A DNA stretch of 64,000 nucleotides from an uncultured Lacinutrix sp. (GCA_937129145.1 CAKZMU010000009.1:80551-144550), one strand, 5' to 3'; positions 30,248 to 38,801 are shown, counted from the first letter of the stretch. Made by a program: numbers and translations. The notes: generated by a model not told the origin, from the sequence alone.

Positions 30248-30321
30248 GCTCCACTAGCCCAAATGGAAGAGGCAACAGTTTTAAGCGCTGTTAAGTCCAA
30301 GTTCGAATCTTGGGTGGAGTA
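30248..30321 (+). tRNA. Class-I tRNA with Leu anticodon TAA
   Basis: Acceptor GCTCCAC/GTGGAGT (G1·U72), anticodon arm ACAGTttTAAgcGCTGT, variable region taagt, T arm CCAAGttcgaatCTTGG, A73. Confidence 0.5.
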
Positions 30322-30327
30322 CAAAAT

Positions 30328-30451
30328 AAGCTTATGGTGTAATGGAAAGCACACAAGGTTTAGCTCATGCATATCTATTTCAAGAAATAGGTATTCGTGA
30401 ATGCAAAGCATTTCGAACCTTGGAGTATGGGTTCAAGTCCTATTAAGCTTA
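30328..30451 (+). tRNA. 124-nt tRNA-like gene carrying a ~52-nt structured insertion in the anticodon loop
   Basis: Acceptor AAGCTTA/TAAGCTT, D arm GTGTaatggaaaGCAC, anticodon stem CAAGG…CCTTG separated by 59 nt, T arm ATGGGttcaagtCCTAT. Mature anticodon TAG if spliced at 37/38, TCG if at 33/34. Confidence 0.45.
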
Positions 30452-30456
30452 CAAAA

Positions 30457-30527
30457 TAACCTGTGGTGTAACGGTAACACTCAAGATTTTGATTCTTGTA
30501 TTATAGGTTCGAATCCTATCAGGTTAT
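30457..30527 (+). tRNA. tRNA-Gln(TTG)
   Basis: U1:A72 acceptor TAACCTG/CAGGTTA, D arm GTGTaacggtaACAC, anticodon arm CAAGAttTTGatTCTTG, T arm ATAGGttcgaatCCTAT. Confidence 0.8.
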
Positions 30528-30535
30528 CAAAAAAT

Positions 30536-30608
30536 GGAACAGTAGCAAAGTTGGTCAATGCGTCGGACTGAAAATCTGAAAATACAGGTTCAATTCCTGT
30601 CTGTTCCA
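30536..30608 (+). tRNA. tRNA-Phe(GAA)
   Basis: Acceptor GGAACAG/CTGTTCC, anticodon arm TCGGActGAAaaTCTGA, T arm ACAGGttcaattCCTGT. Confidence 0.85.
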
Positions 30609-30621
30609 CTAAAATTAAAGA

Positions 30622-30639
30622 TTCCTGCCTATGCAGGAA
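30622..30639 (+). other. Perfect 7-bp hairpin TTCCTGCctatGCAGGAA inside the array; the agattcctgc motif recurs at 31045–31056
   Basis: Inverted repeat read directly; no T-tract follows, so it is not a canonical terminator. Confidence 0.4.
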
Positions 30640-30767
30640 ATAATATCAAGCTGGTCTTGTTGAGTGTTTCGGTATAGCACTATTGTATAAATCGTTGCAG
30701 AAATGCATCATGAGTTTATGTTCAACTAGACTTGAAGGTTTTGACTGTTAACCAAAAAATGGTCTCC

Positions 30768-30843
30768 CCCTATAGGTCGTGGGTTCGACTCCCACTTATC
30801 CCAATTGGGATAGTAGTTCAGTGGTTAGAACAATAGGATGTAG
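30768..30843 (+). tRNA. Apparently circularly permuted tRNA gene: 3' half (nt 38–73), 3-nt linker, then 5' half (nt 1–37); the mature anticodon would be GTA
   Basis: 3' half: c-CCTAT-aggtc-GTGGGttcgactCCCAC-TTATCCC-a. Linker att. 5' half: GGGATAG-ta-GTTCagtggttaGAAC-a-ATAGG-atGTAg. The acceptor pairs over 7 bp and the anticodon stem ATAGG/CCTAT pairs over 5 bp. Confidence 0.45.
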
Positions 30844-30888
30844 GTGTTGCTGGTTCGATTCCAGTCGTTTGCTTGGAGAAATTCCTTG

Positions 30889-30948
30889 GCAATAGTAGCT
30901 CAATTGGTAGAGCACTGCACTTTTAATGCAGGTTTGGACTCAAAATCC
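30889..30948 (+). pseudogene. Truncated tRNA-Lys(TTT)-like 5' portion with a degenerate T arm and no 3' acceptor strand
   Basis: GCAATAG-ta-GCTCaattggtaGAGC-a-CTGCActTTTaaTGCAG-gttt, then only a 3-bp GGA/TCC stem; no complementary 3' acceptor strand nearby. Confidence 0.4.
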
Positions 30949-30988
30949 ACAATCAAAAGCCCATCATCTTTTAAAACTGATGACCAAC

Positions 30989-31005
30989 GCAGATTGTCAT
31001 TCTGC
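30989..31005 (+). other. Isolated anticodon-arm-like hairpin GCAGAttGTCatTCTGC, a tRNA fragment
   Basis: A 5-bp stem with a 7-nt loop reading as an Asp GTC anticodon. The nearby ggtcgtggga at 31081 resembles the T-arm of the permuted gene. Confidence 0.35.
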
Positions 31006-31450
31006 TCAACAAAAATGACAAAAATAGTAGATTGCAAGTCGGCTTTAGATTCCTGCATTACTGACGCATCGGTCAACACTGGTCGTGGGAATGACAAAAC
31101 TAGAGCAGTCTTGAAAGTGCCTTGAAATACTGATTTTTAATAGTAGAAGTGGTTACTGTTTTGTAATAAGAAATTATATAAATCTGATTATCGATTCATA
31201 TAGTTGTCACAATACTCAGCACTAATTACAGGCACTATTAATATGAGTATTTCCGCACCAGAAAAATGATTTGCTTTCTGCTATTTTTAACAATGAAGAG
31301 ATATAAAAATATACTTCAATTAATGATGAACTCGTCATTGTTTTTTGAAGTTGGTAAGCCTTCCGTTACAAGAATTGCCGCCACGCTCAAAAATGGGCAA
31401 CAATAAATGTTTAATCTTCCTGAAATAAATTCAGGATAAAAAAATTAGAA

Positions 31451-32551
31451 ATGATGAAACGAGTAAGAATTAATGTTGGAGAAGTAGGATTGGTTTTCAA
31501 AAGAGGTGATTACAAAAGAGTAATTACTCAAGGAAAAAACTGGTTAGGGTTTGGCGAGCGTGTTTTAACCTATAACTTAGCTCATGCTTTCGTTGCTCCA
31601 AAAACACTAGAACTCTTGCTAAAAGACGAGGTGTTGGAGGCAATGTTAGACATTATTGAAGTAAAGGATGGTGAACTTGTATTGGTTTACGAAAAAGGGA
31701 GCTTTAAAACTGTTTTAACTGCTGGTCGTTATGTGTACTGGAAGGGTTTGATTAATCGTGAATATACACGCGTTGATTTAAGCAAAATTTATATTACTGA
31801 AAACATTGACAAAGCATTGTTTAGTAACTATGAATTAAGCAAATACATTCGAGTTTTTGAAGTAGCTGCTTACGAAAAAGCTATCCTTTTGGTAGATGAT
31901 GTATATACAAAGACGCTTGACGGCGGTACATACCGATTCTGGAGAAATGATACCACAATTAAAATTGCTAAGGCTGATTTACGTCAGTTACAACTAGAAA
32001 TTGCTGGACAAGAATTGTTAACTAAAGATAAAGCAGCTATTCGTATCAACTTTTACACACAGTATAAAGTAACAGATATTGAAAAGGCTTTACTAGGAAA
32101 CAAAGATTATGAAAAGCAATTATACATTGCTATGCAATTGGTATTGCGCGCTTACATTGGTACTTACACACTAGATGAATTGCTAGAGCGTAAAGAAAAC
32201 ATTGCAGAAGCTGTATTTGAAGATGTTAAAGCAAGTGCATCAAAATTAGGTGTAAGCGTTTTAAGCTGCGGTATTAGAGATGTGATTTTAACCGGAGATA
32301 TGAAAGAGATTATGAACCAGGTTTTAGTTGCACAAAAGAAAGCGCAAGCAAATACAATTACAAGACGTGAAGAAACAGCTTCTACTCGTAGCTTGCTAAA
32401 TACGGCAAAGTTGATGGAAGAGAATAACATGCTGTACAAGCTAAAAGAAATGGAGTATGTTGAAAAAATCGCTGAGAAAATTGGTGAAATCACAGTCTCA
32501 GGTAATGGTGGAATGGTAACACAATTGAAAGAGATTTTCTCTGGAAAATAA
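31451..32551 (+). CDS. SPFH/band-7 (slipin-like) domain protein
   Basis: 366 aa; C-terminal SPFH-like region with a coiled coil (VLVAQKKAQANTITRREETA…). Confidence 0.65.
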   Translation: MMKRVRINVGEVGLVFKRGDYKRVITQGKNWLGFGERVLTYNLAHAFVAPKTLELLLKDEVLEAMLDIIEVKDGELVLVYEKGSFKTVLTAGRYVYWKGLINREYTRVDLSKIYITENIDKALFSNYELSKYIRVFEVAAYEKAILLVDDVYTKTLDGGTYRFWRNDTTIKIAKADLRQLQLEIAGQELLTKDKAAIRINFYTQYKVTDIEKALLGNKDYEKQLYIAMQLVLRAYIGTYTLDELLERKENIAEAVFEDVKASASKLGVSVLSCGIRDVILTGDMKEIMNQVLVAQKKAQANTITRREETASTRSLLNTAKLMEENNMLYKLKEMEYVEKIAEKIGEITVSGNGGMVTQLKEIFSGK

Positions 32552-32560
32552 GTGGGTGTA

Positions 32561-32592
32561 AATGCGCTAGTTTTTAACTAGCGCATTTTTTA
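32561..32592. terminator. Bidirectional terminator between the SPFH gene (+) and the M28 peptidase gene (-)
   Basis: AATGCGCTAGTTtttaAACTAGCGCATT followed by ttttt. Confidence 0.7.
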
Positions 32593-34311
32593 TTTTGCTC
32601 CTAAAATATTTTTAACTTCCAAAGCCTTATCGCTAATAGCCTTTTGAGTCGCTTCAATATCAGCTTTAATTAAACTCGCATCATTTACCATATCGTTAGT
32701 AGTATTGACGGCTTTTAAATACCAATCTTCCCAAGTGCTGATAATTTCGATTTGTTCTTCAAGTGTATCTCCATTTTCCATGGCTAGCTTACTTTGTTTT
32801 TGCTCTTCTTCTAAACGGCTAATAGCTGCTTTCTCAATGCTTTTTAACACGCGTTTTGCAGTGTTTTCACCTGAGTTTACTAATTCAATAGCAGACACTA
32901 ATGCGCCTGTAGCTACATTCTTTAAAGTGCTTTTCGATACTTTGTCTATTCTATCATTATCTGTGTGGTAAAACTGGTCGGTAAAATGCCAAAACAACAC
33001 ACTTGGAATATCACCTCTTAAAAAAGGCACGTGGTCACTTCCGCCTTCATAAGGATTGGTGTTTACTTCCCAATTGGCACGTTTCCCTTGTTCTTTAAAC
33101 TTTTCGATGACGAAATCGTTTAGATAATGAGGTGTCATGTCTTCAATTTTTAGGGGTCTTCCTCCCCATTCGGTATGCTTATCGTTCCCTCTGGTCCAAA
33201 TCGCACTAGGGTCTGGCATTTTTTCTATTAGAAAAGAGCCTCCTGTTTTTTCGGTATCTTCTCCAACCATATCCAAAGATATTCCCCATTTAATATCCTT
33301 AGCTCTTATGCTATCTTCTTGAACATAGCGTCTGGTGGATACAATCTCGTCTCCCCAAAGAAAGGTAAGAGTTCTTTTTGGTAGAAATCTTCCGTCTTTG
33401 AACAATTTAGCAGCCACCGATGCCATTTCTAAAGTGGCTCCAACTCCTGAAGCATTATCGTTTGCTCCTGGTTCTTGAATATGAGCGCTAAAAGCCAATC
33501 GCTCTTTAGGTAATTCATTTCCTTTAATATCGGCAACAATGGTTAATTCTTCTGAAGGATAAATATTGGTTTTAACCTTTACGTTTAAAGTCGTTTTTCC
33601 TTTTGATAAGCTATTTTTTAGTCGCTCTTTAGCTTCAAAAGACATAGCAATTCCAAAAGATTTACTCACAGAATCCAATGGAACAGAACGAAATTGAATG
33701 GAGGTTATGTTTTTCTCTGGTTGCAAATAATCTGGATTATTATAAGTAATGATTCCGAATGCTCCACCTTCAGTTACAGCAGTTTTAAAAATTCGTCCTG
33801 GATGTGTTTCGGCAAAAACAATTTTATCTTTTACATCTGTTTCAGCTAATTTTTTAATGTCTTCTATGTAAATTACCTCAGCAGTCACGCCTTCTTCAGC
33901 TGTGCTGTAAGAGTTTATTGCAATCATGTTTCTATTGGTAGCATGACTAAGTAACGGCGTTTCTTCGCCATTAATAGTGACGGTTGCATCAACCGATTCC
34001 CATGTTGGTCTTTTTAACGGTCTTGTTTCAATGCGATACGTTAAAAAGTCTTCTCCTGTAGCATTTTCTTCTAAAACATAACCATCTTTTTCAAGCTGTT
34101 CAGCAATTTTGTAAACACTTTTGTTGAATCCTGTGTTCCCAACAACACGCCAATATTTTTCAACAAATGCTGTGGTTTCGTAAGCTAAATCTCCTGTAAG
34201 TTCTTGATTAACAACATCAAAATATTCTTCGGTAGTTATTTCATTGGTTTGCTTACATGAAACAAAAGTGATTACAAGTATTGTAAAAAAGTAAAAGATT
34301 TTTTTTGACAT
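32590..34311 (-). CDS. M28-family Zn-aminopeptidase with a PA domain (secreted)
   Basis: Signal peptide; M28 metal-ligand blocks (HIQEPGANDNASG, DMVGED, GGSDH). Confidence 0.75.
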   Translation of the reverse strand: MSKKIFYFFTILVITFVSCKQTNEITTEEYFDVVNQELTGDLAYETTAFVEKYWRVVGNTGFNKSVYKIAEQLEKDGYVLEENATGEDFLTYRIETRPLKRPTWESVDATVTINGEETPLLSHATNRNMIAINSYSTAEEGVTAEVIYIEDIKKLAETDVKDKIVFAETHPGRIFKTAVTEGGAFGIITYNNPDYLQPEKNITSIQFRSVPLDSVSKSFGIAMSFEAKERLKNSLSKGKTTLNVKVKTNIYPSEELTIVADIKGNELPKERLAFSAHIQEPGANDNASGVGATLEMASVAAKLFKDGRFLPKRTLTFLWGDEIVSTRRYVQEDSIRAKDIKWGISLDMVGEDTEKTGGSFLIEKMPDPSAIWTRGNDKHTEWGGRPLKIEDMTPHYLNDFVIEKFKEQGKRANWEVNTNPYEGGSDHVPFLRGDIPSVLFWHFTDQFYHTDNDRIDKVSKSTLKNVATGALVSAIELVNSGENTAKRVLKSIEKAAISRLEEEQKQSKLAMENGDTLEEQIEIISTWEDWYLKAVNTTNDMVNDASLIKADIEATQKAISDKALEVKNILGAK

Positions 34312-34344
34312 AACGTGGTGTGTTTAGACTATAATATTACAACT

Positions 34345-34917
34345 TTATGAGATAATTTCAGCAACTTTATTTTTAAGCATCGGAATAACCTCTGCTTCAA
34401 ACCATGAATTTTTAGTTAACCAAAATCTATTTCGAGGTGAAGGATGTGGCAACACAAAATATTTTGGCAAATACTCTGTATAATTGGCAACCGTTTCTGT
34501 GAGTGTTTTTTTAGCTTCTTTTTTTAAATAATACTTCTGCGCATACATACCAATAAGAATAATCAGTTCTAAATTTGGCATAAAATCAAACAACGGTTGG
34601 TGCCATTGCGGTGCACATTCTGGTCGTGGAGGTAAATCGCCACTTTTACCTTTTCCAGGGTAGCAAAACCCCATTGGCACAATGGCAAATTTAGTTTCGT
34701 CATAAAAATCTTCATTAGACACATTTAGCCATTTACGTAATTGTTTACCGCTAGCATCATCCCAAGGGATTCCGGAATTATGAACTTTTGTTCCTGGCGC
34801 TTGACCAATAATGACAATTTTTGACTCTGGATGCCCAGAAACTACAGGTCGTGGACCAAATTGTAAATGTTTAGAACAAATGGTGCATTGGCCTATTTCG
34901 TGAAGTAACTCTTGCAT
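34345..34917 (-). CDS. Uracil-DNA glycosylase superfamily protein (family 4/5-like)
   Basis: GQAPG motif (IIGQAPGTKVHNSGIPW); C-terminal HPSPRN motif. Confidence 0.7.
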   Translation of the reverse strand: MQELLHEIGQCTICSKHLQFGPRPVVSGHPESKIVIIGQAPGTKVHNSGIPWDDASGKQLRKWLNVSNEDFYDETKFAIVPMGFCYPGKGKSGDLPPRPECAPQWHQPLFDFMPNLELIILIGMYAQKYYLKKEAKKTLTETVANYTEYLPKYFVLPHPSPRNRFWLTKNSWFEAEVIPMLKNKVAEIIS

Positions 34918-34950
34918 TAGTTAGATGTTTCAACTGCGCTTAACATGACA

Positions 34951-35622
34951 TTATTTTTTCCCAGACACAACAATTACAATTTCACCCTTAGGAGGTTTAT
35001 TGGTGTAATACTCCAATACTTCTTTGGCAGTACCTCGAATGGTTTCTTCATAAAGCTTCGTCAATTCTCTTGATACTGAAACTTGTCTGTCTTCGCCAAA
35101 ATAGTCGCAGAAATGCCCTAAAGTTTTCAATAATTTATGAGGGCTTTCATAAAAAATCATGGTTCTGGTTTCTTCAGCAAGTAGTTTTAGTCTTGTTTGA
35201 CGCCCTTTTTTTACAGGAAGAAATCCTTCAAATACAAATCTATCGTTTGGTAGTCCAGAATTCACCAATGCTGGCACAAATGCTGTTGCTCCTGGTAAAC
35301 ATTCTACATCTATATTATTTTCCAAGCAAGCTCTAGTAAGCAAAAAACCAGGGTCTGAAATTGCTGGTGTTCCAGCATCGCTAATTAAAGCAATGGTCAT
35401 TCCTGAATTGATTTTTTGAACAATGGCATTCACGGTTTTATGCTCATTGTGCATATGGTGAGACTGTGAGGGCGTATTAATCTCGAAATGTTTTAAAAGC
35501 TTTCCTGAAGTTCGCGTGTCTTCGGCTAAAATTAAGTCAGATTCTTTTAAAACCTCAATAGCTCTTAAAGTAATATCCTTTAAATTTCCTATTGGTGTTG
35601 GAACAATATAAAGTTTGCTCAT
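34951..35622 (-). CDS. rsmI: 16S rRNA (cytidine1402-2'-O)-methyltransferase RsmI
   Basis: Tetrapyrrole-methylase-fold start MSKLYIVPTPIGNLKDIT…, ~223 aa. Confidence 0.8.
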   Translation of the reverse strand: MSKLYIVPTPIGNLKDITLRAIEVLKESDLILAEDTRTSGKLLKHFEINTPSQSHHMHNEHKTVNAIVQKINSGMTIALISDAGTPAISDPGFLLTRACLENNIDVECLPGATAFVPALVNSGLPNDRFVFEGFLPVKKGRQTRLKLLAEETRTMIFYESPHKLLKTLGHFCDYFGEDRQVSVSRELTKLYEETIRGTAKEVLEYYTNKPPKGEIVIVVSGKK

Positions 35623-36363
35623 TTACTCAAACTTACTTTGAATAATTCCCATAAAACGCTCTTCAAACTCTTCCTTTCCTTCCCAATGGTTGTAATCTGG
35701 TTTTACGATGTTTTGAATTAAAGTGTTTACTTCCTCAAAAGATTGAGATGTATTAATTTGTGACACCACGCGCTCAAAATCTTCATTATTGCCATCAAAC
35801 AAATGCTTTATAAAAGCGATTTTATCGTTTAATCCAAACGTGAGTGCCTTCCCCTTTAAGGCATCGTTTAGCGTTTTTTTGGTGTCTTCTTTTGGTTTTG
35901 TTTCGGTAACAGCTTCAAAAACTGGCATATCTTTAAAACCAGCTGTCAGCTCTTCAAAATCATTTTCTGAATTATCTTCAGGAGGAATAACAGATTTTAG
36001 AAAATCGTCAACACCATGTGTTTCTTGAGGCATTTGAGCAACCATATCTTTAATTTTCTCAATCGCTGGTTCCATAATACCATCATCTTCTATCTCATCT
36101 AGATTTACATAAATTCTATCGCCAACCTCAACATTATCACTTACTTTATTGTTGAAAGCTTGGTCTAACATGCCAAAGAAAGACGAATCGCTGCCAATTG
36201 TTGGTATATCGTCTTCAAAATTTTCGTGAGCGAATTTCAAAACGGTTAACTTTTCATACAACGCTTCTACTTCTGCATGCATTTTTAAAACATCTTCTTT
36301 ACCTTTTAATTTTAGAATTCTATGTGCTATACTAATTAAATCTGATTCTAGCTTCTTCTTCAT
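35623..36363 (-). CDS. Acidic hypothetical protein
   Basis: 246-aa ORF translationally coupled to rsmI; no recognisable domain. Confidence 0.45.
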   Translation of the reverse strand: MKKKLESDLISIAHRILKLKGKEDVLKMHAEVEALYEKLTVLKFAHENFEDDIPTIGSDSSFFGMLDQAFNNKVSDNVEVGDRIYVNLDEIEDDGIMEPAIEKIKDMVAQMPQETHGVDDFLKSVIPPEDNSENDFEELTAGFKDMPVFEAVTETKPKEDTKKTLNDALKGKALTFGLNDKIAFIKHLFDGNNEDFERVVSQINTSQSFEEVNTLIQNIVKPDYNHWEGKEEFEERFMGIIQSKFE

Positions 36364-36464
36364 AACTTTTAAATTTAATGCGCTTTTGGTTTTTGATTTT
36401 TAATAAATTTACGCCACCTTTATGCAAACGAATATTTGCATTATTTTAGTGTTAAAATTACAAA

Positions 36465-37112
36465 ATGTTTCTTGAAAATACAGTAAATCATAAAGAACAA
36501 TTTGGTTGGATTGAGGTTATTTGTGGCTCCATGTTCTCTGGAAAAACAGAAGAATTGATTCGCAGGCTCAAACGTGCGCAATTTGCAAGGCAAAAAGTAG
36601 AAATTTTTAAGCCAGCTGTTGATGTGCGTTATGATGACGAAATGGTAGTATCTCACGACTCCAACGAAATCCGTTCAACTCCTGTTCCTGCAGCTGCAAA
36701 CATCCCTATTTTAGCGGATGGATGTGACGTTGTTGGTATTGACGAGGCGCAATTTTTTGATGATGAAATTGTAAGGGTTTGCAATGATTTAGCCAATAAA
36801 GGTATTCGTGTAATTGTTGCTGGATTGGATATGGATTTTAAAGGAAACCCCTTTGGGCCAATGCCAAATTTAATGGCAACTGCCGAATATGTAACTAAAG
36901 TGCATGCGGTTTGCACCAGAACAGGAAACTTAGCACAATACAGTTACAGAAAAGCCAAAAGTGATGATTTAGTACTTTTAGGTGAAGTTGACGAATACGA
37001 ACCTTTAAGTAGAGCTGCATATTACAAAGCCATGTTAAGAGACAAGGTGCGTAACATGAAGGTTAATGAAGCTGAAGAAATTTCTCCAAAATTAAAAACA
37101 GGAAATGGCTAA
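36465..37112 (+). CDS. tdk: Thymidine kinase
   Basis: P-loop [18 protein letters not shown]-terminal zinc-ribbon region. Confidence 0.9.
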   Translation: MFLENTVNHKEQFGWIEVICGSMFSGKTEELIRRLKRAQFARQKVEIFKPAVDVRYDDEMVVSHDSNEIRSTPVPAAANIPILADGCDVVGIDEAQFFDDEIVRVCNDLANKGIRVIVAGLDMDFKGNPFGPMPNLMATAEYVTKVHAVCTRTGNLAQYSYRKAKSDDLVLLGEVDEYEPLSRAAYYKAMLRDKVRNMKVNEAEEISPKLKTGNG

Positions 37113-38211
37113 AGCTCAAGAAACGGTTCTTGAAATAGACCTTAATGCGCTTACGCATAATTTTGAATACCTCAAGTCGAAACTTAAAGAAAACACCAAG
37201 TTTTTAGCGGTTGTAAAAGCATTTGCTTATGGTAGCGATGCCGAAAAAATTGCACTCCATCTTCAAAATTTAGATGTAGATTATTTTGCAGTTGCTTATA
37301 CTTCAGAAGGTGTTGCGTTGCGAGATGCTGGCATAACAAAGCCTATTTTGGTATTGCATCCACAGCCAGTAAACTTTAAAACCATTATTGACCGCTGTTT
37401 GGAACCTAGTTTATATAATGCTAGAGTTTTGAGGAGTTTTATTTCTTGTGCAGAAAAAGAAAAACAGTCAAACTATCCTGTACACATAAAATTCAATACG
37501 GGCTTAAACAGACTTGGTTTTTGGGAAAATGATGTGGATTATATTTCATCACAATTAAAAAGCAACCACTCCATTAAAGCTGCATCTATTTTTTCTCACC
37601 TTGCTGCTAGTGAAGACTTAAATGAAAAAGAATTTACTCAAACTCAAATATCAAGTTTTAAAAATTCTGCAAAAGAGTTAATTGACGCCTTGGGTTACAG
37701 TGCCATGCTTCATCTTTGTAATACTTCAGGAATATTAAACTATCCCGAAGCACATTTTGATATGGTTAGAAGCGGCATAGCGTTATATGGTTTCGGAAAT
37801 TCTGCCAAAGAAAACAAAAATTTAAAACCCATAGCCTCTTTAAAGTCGGTTGTTTCACAAATACACTTAATAGAAAAAGGTGAAACGGTAGGCTATAATA
37901 GAGCTTATAAAAGTGAAGGTTTCAAAAAAATAGCAACTATTCCAATTGGTCATGCTGATGGGATTGGCAGACATTTTGGAAATGGTAAAGGATTTGTATT
38001 CATTAATAAAGAAAAAGCCAACATTATTGGAAATGTTTGTATGGACATGATTATGGTTGATATTACCCATATAGAATGTCATGAAGGTGACGAAGTAATT
38101 ATCTTTGATAATCAATTTACAGCCGAAAATTTAGCGGAATCTGCCAATACTATTTCTTACGAGTTAATTACTTCTATTTCTAGACGTGTAAAGCGAAAAA
38201 TTATAAAATAG
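37105..38211 (+). CDS. alr: Alanine racemase
   Basis: PLP-lysine motif AVVKAFAYG; 368 aa; C-terminal beta domain. Confidence 0.85.
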   Translation: MAKAQETVLEIDLNALTHNFEYLKSKLKENTKFLAVVKAFAYGSDAEKIALHLQNLDVDYFAVAYTSEGVALRDAGITKPILVLHPQPVNFKTIIDRCLEPSLYNARVLRSFISCAEKEKQSNYPVHIKFNTGLNRLGFWENDVDYISSQLKSNHSIKAASIFSHLAASEDLNEKEFTQTQISSFKNSAKELIDALGYSAMLHLCNTSGILNYPEAHFDMVRSGIALYGFGNSAKENKNLKPIASLKSVVSQIHLIEKGETVGYNRAYKSEGFKKIATIPIGHADGIGRHFGNGKGFVFINKEKANIIGNVCMDMIMVDITHIECHEGDEVIIFDNQFTAENLAESANTISYELITSISRRVKRKIIK

Positions 38212-38280
38212 TTTTAAGATTATTTTAACATTTGATTTTTTTGTATTTTGGGCATTAATTAACTAAAACATTAAACTATT

Positions 38281-38685
38281 ATGCTTAAAGAATTTAAGAA
38301 TTTTATTATGACTGGCAATGTAATTGATTTTGCAGTTGCAGTTATTATGGCAGGCGCTCTAGGTGCTGTAATTAATGGCTTTGTATCTAATATTGCAATG
38401 CCTTTTGTTGGTTACTTTGCAGGCGGAATGAATTTTGAAGACCTTCATTATGCAATGGACGGAAATGAATATGCATCATTAGCCGCAGCAAAAGAAGCAG
38501 GGGCTGCAGTTATTGCTTATGGAGCATGGATAAACACAATAATTAACTTATTAATTGTTGGATTAGTAATGTTTATGATAGTAAAAGCATACAATAAAAC
38601 TAAAAAACCAGCTGAAGAGGCTGCTCCAGCAGGACCTTCAGATAACGACTTACTTACAGAAATTCGTGATTTGTTAAAGAAATAA
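38281..38685 (+). CDS. mscL: Large-conductance mechanosensitive channel MscL
   Basis: MLKEFKNFIMTGNVIDFAVAVIMAGA N-terminus; two TMs; 134 aa. Confidence 0.9.
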   Translation: MLKEFKNFIMTGNVIDFAVAVIMAGALGAVINGFVSNIAMPFVGYFAGGMNFEDLHYAMDGNEYASLAAAKEAGAAVIAYGAWINTIINLLIVGLVMFMIVKAYNKTKKPAEEAAPAGPSDNDLLTEIRDLLKK

Positions 38686-38705
38686 CATTTAAAAATAAAC
38701 TTGTT

Positions 38706-38742
38706 AAAAAGAGGCGATTCTTAAGAATCGCCTCTTTTTTTG
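38706..38742 (+). terminator. Rho-independent terminator after mscL
   Basis: AGAGGCGATTCttaaGAATCGCCTCT followed by ttttttt. Confidence 0.8.
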
Positions 38743-38801
38743 TTGGTCAATATTAACATCAAAATAAATTATTGCCTACTTTTGTTTCCTAAATTTTACT
38801 T

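Noticed and set aside
30359-30417. The anticodon-loop insertion as a group I intron
   Set aside because: At ~52 nt it is several-fold too short to contain P1–P9. It is better described as an intron-like insertion of unknown type or a pseudogene lesion.
29725-31125. Six-frame ORFs inside the tRNA array (29725–29916 -, 29832–30017 +, 30063–30275 -, 30205–30411 -, 30844–31125 +, 30900–31097 -)
   Set aside because: All of them overlap tRNA or tRNA-like genes on either strand. Structured RNA genes routinely yield 60–90-aa spurious ORFs, and these have no protein-like composition or start context.
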